DNA of 64,000 nucleotides from Ignavibacteriota bacterium (GTDB lineage: Bacteria; Bacteroidota; Ignavibacteria; UBA10030), in NCBI GenBank assembly GCA_963727825.1, contig CAVSHO010000010.1, positions 32,001 through 96,000 on the forward strand, written 5' to 3'. Positions 10,472 to 20,380 of the stretch are shown piece after piece. Below the pieces are notes generated by a model. It saw only the letters and a program-made list of their open reading frames with translations, was not told the DNA's origin and ran no database searches. The number at the start of each line of letters is the position of its first letter. Positions within the stretch are counted from its first letter, which is position 1. The position numbers were made by a program, and so were the translations under genes.

Positions 10472-10738
10472 ATGAAAGACTTTTTTCGATATATCCAGTG
10501 GGGCAGAGCCCGCTTTGAGATTATTCTTTACCTCTTCATATTGCTGCTTCTTACAGGATTAGCCAAACGCTTAATTGCCCAGATTACTATTTCCACTACT
10601 GGATATACGATTTATATAACTGGAGGCACACAGCCGGACTCTTGGTACCAATCAAACAGTCTAGTGACTTGCAGGAAAGCTATCCAATCGGCCACGAGCC
10701 TACCTTACGATAGCGAAGACGGGCGACTCACTAATTAG
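10472..10738 (+). CDS. Short ORF with signal-peptide-like N-terminus; possibly truncated secreted protein
   Basis: Strong RBS (aaggaggag); hydrophobic stretch ending LIA-QITIS; 3' end runs into GC-richer DNA. Confidence 0.4.
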   Translation: MKDFFRYIQWGRARFEIILYLFILLLLTGLAKRLIAQITISTTGYTIYITGGTQPDSWYQSNSLVTCRKAIQSATSLPYDSEDGRLTN

Positions 10739-10763
10739 CCACCACTGATCGAGGAGACCCACA

Positions 10764-11838
10764 ATGTCGTATATATTTTTAGATTTTGTTCAGCGAATCG
10801 GCCGTCTTTCGGTCATGCTTATGCTGGCTGCTAATGCCTTCCTTTTGTACGGGCAGCCCAGAGTGAACGTACCGACAGCCGCTCAACCACAAAATAGACT
10901 ACAAGAAGGAATGTACAGTTCCCATCGGCGGCATTCAACAATGGATAGTGATTCGTGGCGACGATCGCCGCAATCCAGTCATTCTTTTTTTGCACGGCGG
11001 GCCGGGCGCGTCGACCTTGGCACTGTCAGGGAATTGGATATCCTGGGAAAAGTACTTTACCGTCGTCCAGTGGGATCAACGTGGTACTGGTATGACTTAT
11101 CTAAAGAATGGCGATTCTGAAGCCGGAACCTTGACCATTCCCAGGATGACCAAAGACGGAATTGAGGTTGTCCAATTTCTTCGCTCCCACCTACACAAAG
11201 ACAAAGTCGTGTTGGTGGGTTTCTCCTGGGGCTCGATTCTTGGCATTCACATGATCAAACAGCGTCCGGAGCTTTTTGCGGCATACGTTGGGACTGGGCA
11301 GGTCGTGAATATGCAACAGAACGAAGAACTGAATTACGTCCATGAACTGGCACAAGCGCGCTTAACGCACAATGACGAGGCTCTCTCGGCCTTGAGGCGA
11401 ATTGGACCTCCGCCGTACCTTGATCCCGCCGTCATTGACACCTTACGAGAATGGGCGATCAAACTCTACGCTGGCTCAGGTGATCCCGCCGTACCGCGAA
11501 AAGCGCCGATGCCAGGTCTTTCGCCAGAATTTTCTAAGGCCTGGCAAGACGGCTATGCCTTTTCCCAACAACAACTCGGTTGGATACTCGGTTCGAAGGA
11601 AGTGGATCTTCCTTCGCTCGGTCTCAATTTTTTCGTCCCGATTTTCTTCTTCGAAGGAACAGCCGATCATATGACGCCGATCGAGCTTGCCGAATTATAT
11701 TTCAAGCAGATCAAGGCGCCTCACAAAGAATTCGTGCGTTTTTATGGTGACCACCATTTCATCGCGATGAACCGACCTATCGAATTTCTACAGGAGCTTT
11801 TGGTCAGAGTGCGTCCGTTGGCGAGTTTGACTCATTGA
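10764..11838 (+). pseudogene. Secreted alpha/beta hydrolase (proline iminopeptidase-like), frameshifted near 10917
   Basis: Removing one base in atgtac[a]gttccc joins the two ORFs: EGMYVPIGGIQQWIVIRGDD..FLHGGPG..DQRGTG..GFSWGS; RBS gaggag before 10764. Confidence 0.75.
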
Positions 11839-12144
11839 TCTCTACGGGTTCTCGGTAACGTTCCATAGAACGTTGACAGTTTTGATCGGCCAACGAGGCA
11901 CTTCGAGCAGACGCATGCTTTGCCTCCTGTCGTTGACTTGTTGTATATCAAAGTGCCTTACGCCAAGGATAAACGTGACTTTAGCCACCAAGCCTCCGCT
12001 GCGAGGGATGGCATCGACTGAGAGCAGCCATCTTTTGTAATGTGAGTAATGCCATATTGAGCGCTTTCGTGTTACCCGTTCGATAATAATATCGGAATAG
12101 AAAATTATAAATTGTGGGGCGCGGAAATTTCGGCGCAGCCCAGA

Positions 12145-12175
12145 ATCCGTCAAAGGCGGATGCGCCTATTGTGCA
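12145..12175. repeat. Two abutting short GC-rich hairpins (REP-like)
   Basis: atccgtcaaaggcggat then tgcgcctattgtgca, just past the degP stop. Confidence 0.5.
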
Positions 12176-12187
12176 GATATTTTGTGC

Positions 12188-13723
12188 TTATTTTGGCATC
12201 TCAATTGGGACAAAACGCATTTTTTTATCTTCCCCTTTTACTCGTAACATCACAGCGTCGCCCGGTTTCATTTTTTTAATCGTTTTTTCAAATTGTTCCG
12301 GTGTTGATATTTTTTGATTTCCAATATCCGTCACTATATCACCTTTCTTCAATCCGCGTTCTGCTGCTGGACTTGATTCATCCATATCAAATATTAGAAC
12401 ACCTTTCTCTATTTCATATTGTTTCTTTATTTTTGAATCGATTGATTTTACGGTGACACCAATTTCCTTTACATCGACCGTTTTTTCTACTGCGACATCA
12501 GACTCAGTTTCATCTTTTCCACTGTTCCCTTTGTCTGCTAAATCGCCTTCTTCATCATGAGATCCAAGAGTCGCTTTTTTCTCAATGGCATTTCTATCTC
12601 TCCATATTTTGAGAGTGACAGTCGAGCCCGGATGTTTACTCGCAATTAATGTTTGCAGCTCTTGAGTGGAATTTACATCTTTGCCATCGACCGAAAGAAT
12701 AATATCACCGTACTCTACACCAGCTTTATCGGCTGCCGCATCTTTGGTAACCGATTCAACCGCAACACCCTTAGTCTTGTCCAGTCCGGCTGCTTTTGCA
12801 TAGACTGCATCCACTGGTCTAATTTGCACTCCAAGGAATCCGCGCCGGAATTTTCCGTACTTGATTAAATCCGTTGCAACTTGCTTAGCAAGATTCAGGG
12901 GAATAGCAAAACTATAGCCTTGATACCGAGCATTTGTTGTCGCAATGGCAGTATTGATACCAACAACTTCTCCATTGATGTTTACAAGTGGTCCTCCGCT
13001 GTTGCCGGGATTGACCGCAGCATCTGTCTGAATAAAATTTTCGATACCATAGGCATCTCCGATGATTCCAATATTCCTACCCAGTGCACTTACAATGCCT
13101 TGCGTCATGGTCGACCTTAAATTTAATGGTGCACCGATAGCAAACACGATATGTCCAACCTCGACGTCATCGGAATTGCCAAGCACGGCTACTGGCAAAT
13201 TATCCGCATCAATTTTAATAACGGCGATATCAGTATATTTATCTGTACCTATAAGTTTTGCTTTAAAATCTCTCGTATCATTCAGTGTCACTTTAATTCC
13301 ATTTTTCTTTGCATTGGCAACTACATGATTGTTGGTAAGAATATAACCATTTGATGTAATTATAATGCCGGAACCAGCTCCTTTTTCTGGTCCTCGTTTT
13401 GGCATATCAAATTTAAAATTTGGGCCGAAGAATTTATAAAAGAACTGATTAGGATCTTCTTGTGAATCCGATTCTGATTCTCCATTCATTTCCACTTCCA
13501 CATACACTACAGATGGTGTAACTGTCTTACCGACATTGTGAAATGCTTCATTTAAAGCCTGCAATGTGGAATTCGGTTTGATTGGAGCCTGTTGAGCACC
13601 AAGTTTGACGTCTTCTCCAGCAAATGAGAAATCAACGCCCTTAAAGCTTGATACCAGCACAACTCCAAAAATAATTCCAAGGCTAATGAGAAATACAGCT
13701 GCTAAGGTTGATTTGGTTGACAT
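12188..13723 (-). CDS. degP: DegP/HtrA (Do family) serine protease with two PDZ domains
   Basis: GSGIII, LTNNHVV, TDIAVIKI, IQTDAAVNPGNSGGPL. Confidence 0.93.
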   Translation of the reverse strand: MSTKSTLAAVFLISLGIIFGVVLVSSFKGVDFSFAGEDVKLGAQQAPIKPNSTLQALNEAFHNVGKTVTPSVVYVEVEMNGESESDSQEDPNQFFYKFFGPNFKFDMPKRGPEKGAGSGIIITSNGYILTNNHVVANAKKNGIKVTLNDTRDFKAKLIGTDKYTDIAVIKIDADNLPVAVLGNSDDVEVGHIVFAIGAPLNLRSTMTQGIVSALGRNIGIIGDAYGIENFIQTDAAVNPGNSGGPLVNINGEVVGINTAIATTNARYQGYSFAIPLNLAKQVATDLIKYGKFRRGFLGVQIRPVDAVYAKAAGLDKTKGVAVESVTKDAAADKAGVEYGDIILSVDGKDVNSTQELQTLIASKHPGSTVTLKIWRDRNAIEKKATLGSHDEEGDLADKGNSGKDETESDVAVEKTVDVKEIGVTVKSIDSKIKKQYEIEKGVLIFDMDESSPAAERGLKKGDIVTDIGNQKISTPEQFEKTIKKMKPGDAVMLRVKGEDKKMRFVPIEMPK

Positions 13724-13734
13724 AAATTTTACTC

Positions 13735-14541
13735 CTATTTTGTTACAGCTTTATTATGATGAAATAATTCCGTCGATTTCAAGGGTTTTAATCCTTCAAA
13801 GTGATATCGTAAATATAGACGTAGTATCTCATCAATTTGGTTCCCGACGTGTACATCAAACTCAAGGTTGCCGAGACTATTAATCTGAACATCTAACAAT
13901 CGCCGCAGAATCTGTAACACCTGTGCTGGAATAGAAATAGAGGCAATGTTCCGTCCAATGCTCAATAATGAATCGCCTGGCGAATAGCAACGATTGCAAA
14001 ATAATGCCCCGCGGGCAACTTGAAATGCATACTGTTTTTCACCATTGTTTATGGTAATAGGATTTCCACATTCGCCACAGACTTCTAAGTTCGGCGCATA
14101 TCCAAACAATGAGGCAAGCCGTAATCGGAATGCGTATGAATACGCTGAGTAATTTTTAGAACTTGAATTTAGTTCGCCCAATGTTTCACTAACCAATGCA
14201 AATAGATTTGGATTTCGCTCTTCGTCATGCGTAACTTGATTAATAAGTTCAACTACCGATAACGCGGTGGTCATTCGATCTAAATCTTCTGTAAGATTCT
14301 TAAATGAATCGATGGCATCACATTGAGAAATCAGATGAAGATCGCGGTGTTCTTTTTTGTAAATAACAAGCATCGAATGCGTCATAGGCTCTAATGCCGA
14401 ACCAAACTTATTCTTCGCTGTTCGCGCTCCTTTAGCAATACCTTTCAACTTTCCAAATTCCTTTGTATAGAACGTAACAATCTTGCTCGTATCACGGTAT
14501 TTCATCGTTTTGAGAATTATAGCTTCAGTTTTTATGAGCAT
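13735..14541 (-). CDS. recO: DNA repair protein RecO
   Basis: TEAIILK, SKIVTFYT, IAKGAR, zinc motif CGECG..CNRC. Confidence 0.92.
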   Translation of the reverse strand: MLIKTEAIILKTMKYRDTSKIVTFYTKEFGKLKGIAKGARTAKNKFGSALEPMTHSMLVIYKKEHRDLHLISQCDAIDSFKNLTEDLDRMTTALSVVELINQVTHDEERNPNLFALVSETLGELNSSSKNYSAYSYAFRLRLASLFGYAPNLEVCGECGNPITINNGEKQYAFQVARGALFCNRCYSPGDSLLSIGRNIASISIPAQVLQILRRLLDVQINSLGNLEFDVHVGNQIDEILRLYLRYHFEGLKPLKSTELFHHNKAVTK

Positions 14542-14548
14542 ATCAACT

Positions 14549-15580
14549 CTATGATTGTAAACGCCGGAGCGAATCAGAAAATGGTGGATTTATGATTCCT
14601 TTATCTGTAACAATCGCTGTCAATAAATCGTTCGGCGTAACATCGAAGGCTGGAGAATAGACCGCCACATCCTCTGGTGAGATTCGTTTGCCGAATATTT
14701 CGGTAACTTCTTTTCCATCTCGTTCCTCTATAGGAATTTCTTTGCCTGTTTTCATTTGAAAATCAATCGTAGAAATTGGTGCGGCAACATAAAATGGAAT
14801 CCCGTGGTGCTTCGCCAATACCGCAATATTATAAGTTCCCACCTTGTTCGCAACGTCGCCATTAATTGCCACTCGATCTGCACCAACAATAACTACTTCA
14901 ATTTTTCTCTGCTTCATCAGAACCGCTGCAGTGCTATCTACAATCAACGTTGCTGGAATGTTTGCCTGCTTCATTTCCCATGCCGTTAATCTTGCACCTT
15001 GCAAGAGCGGCCGTGTTTCATCAATATAGACGCATTTGAGTTTTCCTTCTTCCCATGCCTTGGTAACAATACCCAACGCTGTGCCGCGTCCGCCGGTAGC
15101 AAGAGCACCCGCATTGCAATGAACTAAAACGGAACAAGATTGTTGCAGAAGTTCAACACCAAATGAGCTAATGCGCTCGCACATTTCAAAATCTTCTTGA
15201 TGAATTAGAAATGCTTCATCTAACAAACCTTTTTGTAATTCAGCGATAGAATTTGTTTGCCATGCATCCAACACATTGCGTTGTCGATGCAAAGCCCAGA
15301 AAAGATTTACCGCAGTCGGACGCGTAGAAACAAGAATATCTATTGCAGATTGAAGATAGGCTCGAATTTCGTCAGCTTTATTCCTTTTAAACTTAAGACT
15401 TGCAAGCGCAACACCATATGCCGCCGCAATACCAATTAACGGCGCGCCGCGGATTGCAAGACGTTTAATTGCTTCGGCTACTACGGCAAAATCATCAGTT
15501 TTAATAAATACTTCTTCGAGAGGAAGTTTTGTCTGATCAAGAAATCGGATATTGCCGTTTATCCATTCTAACGGCTTCAT
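14549..15580 (-). CDS. mtnA: S-methyl-5-thioribose-1-phosphate isomerase
   Basis: LDQTKLP, IRGAPLIG, RPTAVNL, HCNAGALAT, ETRPLLQGARLT, NKVGTY. Confidence 0.95.
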   Translation of the reverse strand: MKPLEWINGNIRFLDQTKLPLEEVFIKTDDFAVVAEAIKRLAIRGAPLIGIAAAYGVALASLKFKRNKADEIRAYLQSAIDILVSTRPTAVNLFWALHRQRNVLDAWQTNSIAELQKGLLDEAFLIHQEDFEMCERISSFGVELLQQSCSVLVHCNAGALATGGRGTALGIVTKAWEEGKLKCVYIDETRPLLQGARLTAWEMKQANIPATLIVDSTAAVLMKQRKIEVVIVGADRVAINGDVANKVGTYNIAVLAKHHGIPFYVAAPISTIDFQMKTGKEIPIEERDGKEVTEIFGKRISPEDVAVYSPAFDVTPNDLLTAIVTDKGIINPPFSDSLRRLQS

Positions 15581-15585
15581 AGCAA

Positions 15586-16500
15586 TTATTTCTCGTCAAA
15601 TCGTGATAAATCCATAAAAGAATGAAATCGGTCGTGAATTTTGAGATAACTCAAGTCACGCAGACTTTCCACACTAAATTTTTCCACACAGAATGAAGCT
15701 AATGTACTGCCATAAATTATAGCGCGTTTGAGGTTTTCAGAAGAGATATCGTCAGTTCGTGCAAGCCAGCCAATGAAACCACCGGCAAAGGCATCGCCAG
15801 CTCCAGTCGGATCGAAAATAGTTTCCAATGGATATGCCGGTGCCGAGAAGATTGTTTCATCTGTCACAAGCATTGCACCATGTTCGCCTTTTTTAATTAT
15901 GATAATCCGTGGTCCCATCTTAATAATTTTTTTTGCTGCTTTGATAAGGTTCGGTTCTTGTGTAAGCAGACGCGTCTCGGAGTCGTTAACTATTATAACA
16001 TCCATAAATTTCATGGTTTCTGTTAGCTCTTTTGGTTTTGTCTCAATCCAATAATTCATTGTATCGCCAACGACAAGTCGCGGTTTGTTGATTTGATTCA
16101 ACACCTGTAATTGAAGCACCGGATCAATATTGCCAAGACAGACATATGATGAAGACTTGAATCTTTCAGGAATTTTTGGATCGAAATTTTTAAAAACATT
16201 GAGATCCGTGAAAAGTGTATCACGAACATTTAGGTCATAATGGTACTTGCCACCCCATTGAAAAGTTTTACCACGCTCTATGACCTGTAATCCATCCAAA
16301 TCTATTTGTCGCGATTCCATGAACTTAATATGGTCCTTCGGAAAATCTCCGCCAACCACACCGATTAAACGTATAGGCACAGTGAAGTAACTTGCCGCAA
16401 CAGAAATGTACACTGCTGATCCGCCTAACGCTTTTTTTACACTTCCAAAAGGTGTCTCGACAGTGTCGAGTGCAACAGAACCGACAACTAATAAACTCAC
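15586..16500 (-). CDS. PfkB family carbohydrate/nucleoside kinase
   Basis: LGGSAVY, KKGEHGA, DPTGAGDAFAGG. Confidence 0.9.
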   Translation of the reverse strand: MSLLVVGSVALDTVETPFGSVKKALGGSAVYISVAASYFTVPIRLIGVVGGDFPKDHIKFMESRQIDLDGLQVIERGKTFQWGGKYHYDLNVRDTLFTDLNVFKNFDPKIPERFKSSSYVCLGNIDPVLQLQVLNQINKPRLVVGDTMNYWIETKPKELTETMKFMDVIIVNDSETRLLTQEPNLIKAAKKIIKMGPRIIIIKKGEHGAMLVTDETIFSAPAYPLETIFDPTGAGDAFAGGFIGWLARTDDISSENLKRAIIYGSTLASFCVEKFSVESLRDLSYLKIHDRFHSFMDLSRFDEK

Positions 16501-16518
16501 GATTTTATCCTTTCGATG

Positions 16519-16989
16519 TTAAAATGATGCAATTTCTACTAATTGGGCGGTTTCTTTATTCCCGATTATAAAGTCATTGACAATTTCCATAGAATGCCTT
16601 TGGCCAGGCCATACGAGTCTTTTTTTCGCATCTTCAAATCGCAGCCATTCGAAGCATTGATGTTCTGAGGATAATCGCAGTGTTGATGACGAACCGAGTT
16701 CAGCAGCAAACACAGGTACTAATTGAATTGTATCCTTCGGAAGGTCAAAATATGTGTCCACATAAGGAATTGCCCAGCAGCGCTTAGGAGACAACCCTGT
16801 TTCTTCCTTTAGTTCGCGCATTGCAGCTTTTAATGCGCTTTCGTTCTTTTTCATCGTTCCGGTCACAATTTGCCACAGTCCAGGATAAAGCTTTTCATCC
16901 TTTGCACGTTGGAGAACAAGAAAATACGTTTCTGTATTGAACACTCCAAAAACGCACACTTCAACAATTTGATTAACAATACTTGACAG
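16519..16989 (-). CDS. NUDIX hydrolase (NudB-like)
   Basis: Nudix box GTMKKNESALKAAMRELKEETG plus SEH; start is either GTG 16959 or CTG 16989. Confidence 0.85.
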   Translation of the reverse strand: MSSIVNQIVEVCVFGVFNTETYFLVLQRAKDEKLYPGLWQIVTGTMKKNESALKAAMRELKEETGLSPKRCWAIPYVDTYFDLPKDTIQLVPVFAAELGSSSTLRLSSEHQCFEWLRFEDAKKRLVWPGQRHSMEIVNDFIIGNKETAQLVEIASF

Positions 16990-17067
16990 AGGTACTCTTT
17001 CTTTTGTTACAAAAAAGATAAACGAATTTTAGTTGAATTCAAATTGTAGGATTTGCAGGATGTGAAA

Positions 17068-17856
17068 TTACTTTCTCACTAACTGATTTCTCCAATGTGC
17101 CAGAAATATGCCGCAAGCGATTCCGACATTAAGTGATTCTGCCTTGCCAAAACGCAGAATATTTAATATTTCATCGGCATGCTGAAGAATATCCGGATTC
17201 ACCCCATGCGCTTCACTTCCTAAAATAAGAATAGATTTTTCCTTAAGTGAAGAAGAATTAAGCGGTGTCCCATTAAGAGCAGTTGCAATGAGTTTGAAAC
17301 TCTCAGATTTAAGATTAGAGAGTACAGTTTTTAAATCAATATCCTCGAACACTTTCAAATGAAAAATAGAGCCTGCAGTTGCACGAAGAACTTTTTCATT
17401 ATATAATGAAACACATCCTTCGCCTAAAAGGACAGCATCAACACCGAACCAATCGCACGTGCGAAGAATAGTACCTAAATTTCCCGGATCATTTATATTG
17501 TCGCATGCGACCATGAATTTTGCTGAGTAAATATATTTTATGTCGAACGCCTCAATTTGTTGATGTACAAGAGCTACGACTCCCTGGGAATGAACGGTAT
17601 CAGAAATCTGTCTTAACTGCACTTCCTTCAATTCTTTTACAGGAATACCGTGATTCTGTGCGAGTGCGAGTGTTGATTGGTGCTCGGAATTTTGACTTGC
17701 TCCATGTAATGCGGCAATCATTTCAATGGAGAAATTTGAATCTAATGCATCTTGGAGAGGACGCCAACCCTCAAGAAGAAATTTACGTTCACTATCTCGA
17801 TACTTCTTCTGCTGAAGTGATCGAAGATATTTTATTTCGGCTTGATTCAAATTCAT
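17068..17856 (-). CDS. TrmH/SpoU family RNA 2'-O-methyltransferase
   Basis: DPGNLGTILRT, LGSEAHG, ESLNVGIA; likely start MNLNQ at 17856. Confidence 0.9.
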   Translation of the reverse strand: MNLNQAEIKYLRSLQQKKYRDSERKFLLEGWRPLQDALDSNFSIEMIAALHGASQNSEHQSTLALAQNHGIPVKELKEVQLRQISDTVHSQGVVALVHQQIEAFDIKYIYSAKFMVACDNINDPGNLGTILRTCDWFGVDAVLLGEGCVSLYNEKVLRATAGSIFHLKVFEDIDLKTVLSNLKSESFKLIATALNGTPLNSSSLKEKSILILGSEAHGVNPDILQHADEILNILRFGKAESLNVGIACGIFLAHWRNQLVRK

Positions 17857-17951
17857 AGCTGGAATATATAGAAAAAGGAAAGTAGAAACAAAGTTTTGTA
17901 GAGTCCGATGACTCATCGGACATTTTTAGATAAATCCATTTACTTTATGTT

Positions 17952-17973
17952 AGTCCTGTCTGGGGACAGGACT
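17952..17973. repeat. Perfect 9-bp hairpin without U-tract
   Basis: agtcctgtc-tggg-gacaggact directly after the comEC stop. Confidence 0.55.
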
Positions 17974-20373
17974 CTACAGCTTTTGCCTCCATTCTTTTTG
18001 TATCCATTTCGCACCATCACTTTCAAACACGATTGCTCCTAATTTATCAGTCCGTTTTATATCTATTGAATTGGCTTTTAATCGCCAAATAGTGAACGGT
18101 GAGGGATGGCGGAATTTATTATGGTTTCCCACAGAGATAAGAGCTATTCGAGGATGTACAACTTTTAGAAACTCTTCGCTTGAACTTGTAATACTTCCAT
18201 GATGACCAGCTTTCAGAATATCGCTTGAAAGAAACGCACCATAACGCGGCATAATTCTTTGCTCGGTTGCAACTTCTGCATCACCAACAAACATTGCCGA
18301 TGAATTGCCATAAATAATTTTCACCACTACAGAAGAATTATTCGGATTCTTCTCTGCTACGTGATTCGAATCAGGGTGTAGAACATACACTCGGGCGTTT
18401 GAATCTATCTGAATCTGACTTCCCGTTCTTACTATCTTTTCCCCTGTATGTCTCGCTTCAGCAATTTCTAAAACATCTTTTACCTGATGATTGTTCGTGG
18501 CAAAAGATGCCATAATGATCGTATCAACGCGGAGTGATTTGAGAACTGATCCTGCACCTCCAAAATGATCAATGTGGGGATGTGTAATCAATAAATAATC
18601 GAGCTTTGAGATTCCTTTTCGTTTTAAGAATGGTACAACGGTGCGTTCGCCTGCATCGAATTTCTGAGACAATGGGCCGGTATCAATCAACATCCTTTTA
18701 TTATTTGGGAATTCAATTAAAATGGCGTCACCCTGTCCAATATCAATAGCCGTTATTGTACATTTGGGAGGTGTCAGAAACCAAATATTTGAATAGAGTG
18801 CATAGTTACTCAGCATTAAAATAACGATGAGCAACCATGCACGAACGTGCGGTAATTTCAGATTGAAGACACCGATTACCAAAATATAATATCCGACAAC
18901 AAATACAACGTTGAAATGCCATGCTTCAAAATACGCAAATGGAACACTTGCTGCCTGTTTAACGAATCCAAGCAGAAACCAAACTAAGAAATCATTTGTC
19001 GCCGCATATAATTTTGCAATCCACGGACTGATGGGATAAAACATGATTTCCGCAGCTCCAATAAATGTATTGAGTCCGCTTATTGGCACAACCGGGATAT
19101 TCGCTACCAAGGAAATAATTGACACGCGGCCAAAATAGTACGCGGTAAAAGGCACTGTTCCCAATTGAGCAGCGAGCGAAACAGCGAACAATTTCAACAC
19201 GGCATCAACACCCTTAATTTCTTCAAATCGTTCCGGAATTTTCTTGATAAGCGCTTCAAGGCGAGGATAGAAATATACAATAGAGATAACTGCTGCAAAC
19301 GACAGCTGAAAGCTAACATCAAATAATGTGTTAGTATTCCAGAAAAGAAGAATAAGCGCGGCAATACTAATTGTATTGTAAATGTCTGCTTTTCTTTCAA
19401 ACAATGTTCCACATAAAAGAACAATTGCCATTATTGTTGCACGCACAACTGAGGCGCTCGATCCTGTAACTAACATATACGCAACAAGTCCCAGAATTGC
19501 CAAACCACCAACTGCTTTCCGCGGTAACCGCAAGAAGCCAAGTATTGAGAAGAAAATAGCTGCGACGAATGCGACATTCGAACCAGATACTGCTAAAATG
19601 TGAATCGTACCCGTATCCATGAAAGATTGTTTTACATCCGATGAAATATCAGCGCGATACCCGAATATTATTCCATTCAAGAAACTTGCATGGCGGGGAG
19701 AATGGAGACGATCGATGATACGGTATAAGTTCTGCTGTATCGAATAGGTCAAAGCCTGGAAGGCATTTCCATCCGCCATTCCATAGATTCGCACATTATC
19801 TAATCCTTTGACTGTTACAACACCTTGAATATCATTCATCCCAAGATATTTTCCATAATCGAATTCTCCAGGATTTCGCTGAAACGGAAATGGTTCCAGC
19901 GTTCCATTCATTTCTATCTTCTTCCCAAATTCTATTCCTTCTTTGTAGTGATCCTTTTTATCAAACCTAATCATAATCATTATTCTACATGAATTTCGGT
20001 CAATCTTTCCCCGGCGAAAGATACTGTCCGCACAAACAACACAGCTAATTCGACGCTCCTGCAGCGCAGGTTCGGAATCAATTGTACCAAATAGAATCAG
20101 CGGTTCATCGTTGATACGCGGTTCAAGTTCTCGTGAATTAGAATTTGATTGTTGAAGTGTCTGAAGAAAAATGCCAAGCAGGATAACCGCACATTGGAGC
20201 AATAAATCTGTAATATTATTCCACTTGTTTATCAGTAAGAATATTACAGCGATGATAACAAGAATAAAGATAAGTATGAACGACCAGGTTGGAGACAGTG
20301 AAATCCACCCCGAAATAATAATTCCGGCAGAAAATAAAAGAACCAACCGCAATGCTGGACGGTTTCGGAACAT
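17974..20373 (-). CDS. comEC: DNA internalization competence protein ComEC/Rec2
   Basis: RNPGEFDY, HILAVSG, SFQLSFAA, DIGQGDA, THPHIDHFGG, GHHGS; likely start MFRNRP at 20373. Confidence 0.93.
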   Translation of the reverse strand: MFRNRPALRLVLLFSAGIIISGWISLSPTWSFILIFILVIIAVIFLLINKWNNITDLLLQCAVILLGIFLQTLQQSNSNSRELEPRINDEPLILFGTIDSEPALQERRISCVVCADSIFRRGKIDRNSCRIMIMIRFDKKDHYKEGIEFGKKIEMNGTLEPFPFQRNPGEFDYGKYLGMNDIQGVVTVKGLDNVRIYGMADGNAFQALTYSIQQNLYRIIDRLHSPRHASFLNGIIFGYRADISSDVKQSFMDTGTIHILAVSGSNVAFVAAIFFSILGFLRLPRKAVGGLAILGLVAYMLVTGSSASVVRATIMAIVLLCGTLFERKADIYNTISIAALILLFWNTNTLFDVSFQLSFAAVISIVYFYPRLEALIKKIPERFEEIKGVDAVLKLFAVSLAAQLGTVPFTAYYFGRVSIISLVANIPVVPISGLNTFIGAAEIMFYPISPWIAKLYAATNDFLVWFLLGFVKQAASVPFAYFEAWHFNVVFVVGYYILVIGVFNLKLPHVRAWLLIVILMLSNYALYSNIWFLTPPKCTITAIDIGQGDAILIEFPNNKRMLIDTGPLSQKFDAGERTVVPFLKRKGISKLDYLLITHPHIDHFGGAGSVLKSLRVDTIIMASFATNNHQVKDVLEIAEARHTGEKIVRTGSQIQIDSNARVYVLHPDSNHVAEKNPNNSSVVVKIIYGNSSAMFVGDAEVATEQRIMPRYGAFLSSDILKAGHHGSITSSSEEFLKVVHPRIALISVGNHNKFRHPSPFTIWRLKANSIDIKRTDKLGAIVFESDGAKWIQKEWRQKL

Positions 20374-20380
20374 AGCACGT

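Noticed and set aside
11839-12110. attC site or IS end after the hydrolase; 103-aa minus-strand ORF
   Set aside because: Only small palindromes (aacgttccatagaacgtt; atggc..gccat); no convincing RYYYAAC/GTTRRRY pairing or terminal inverted repeats; the ORF has no recognisable motif
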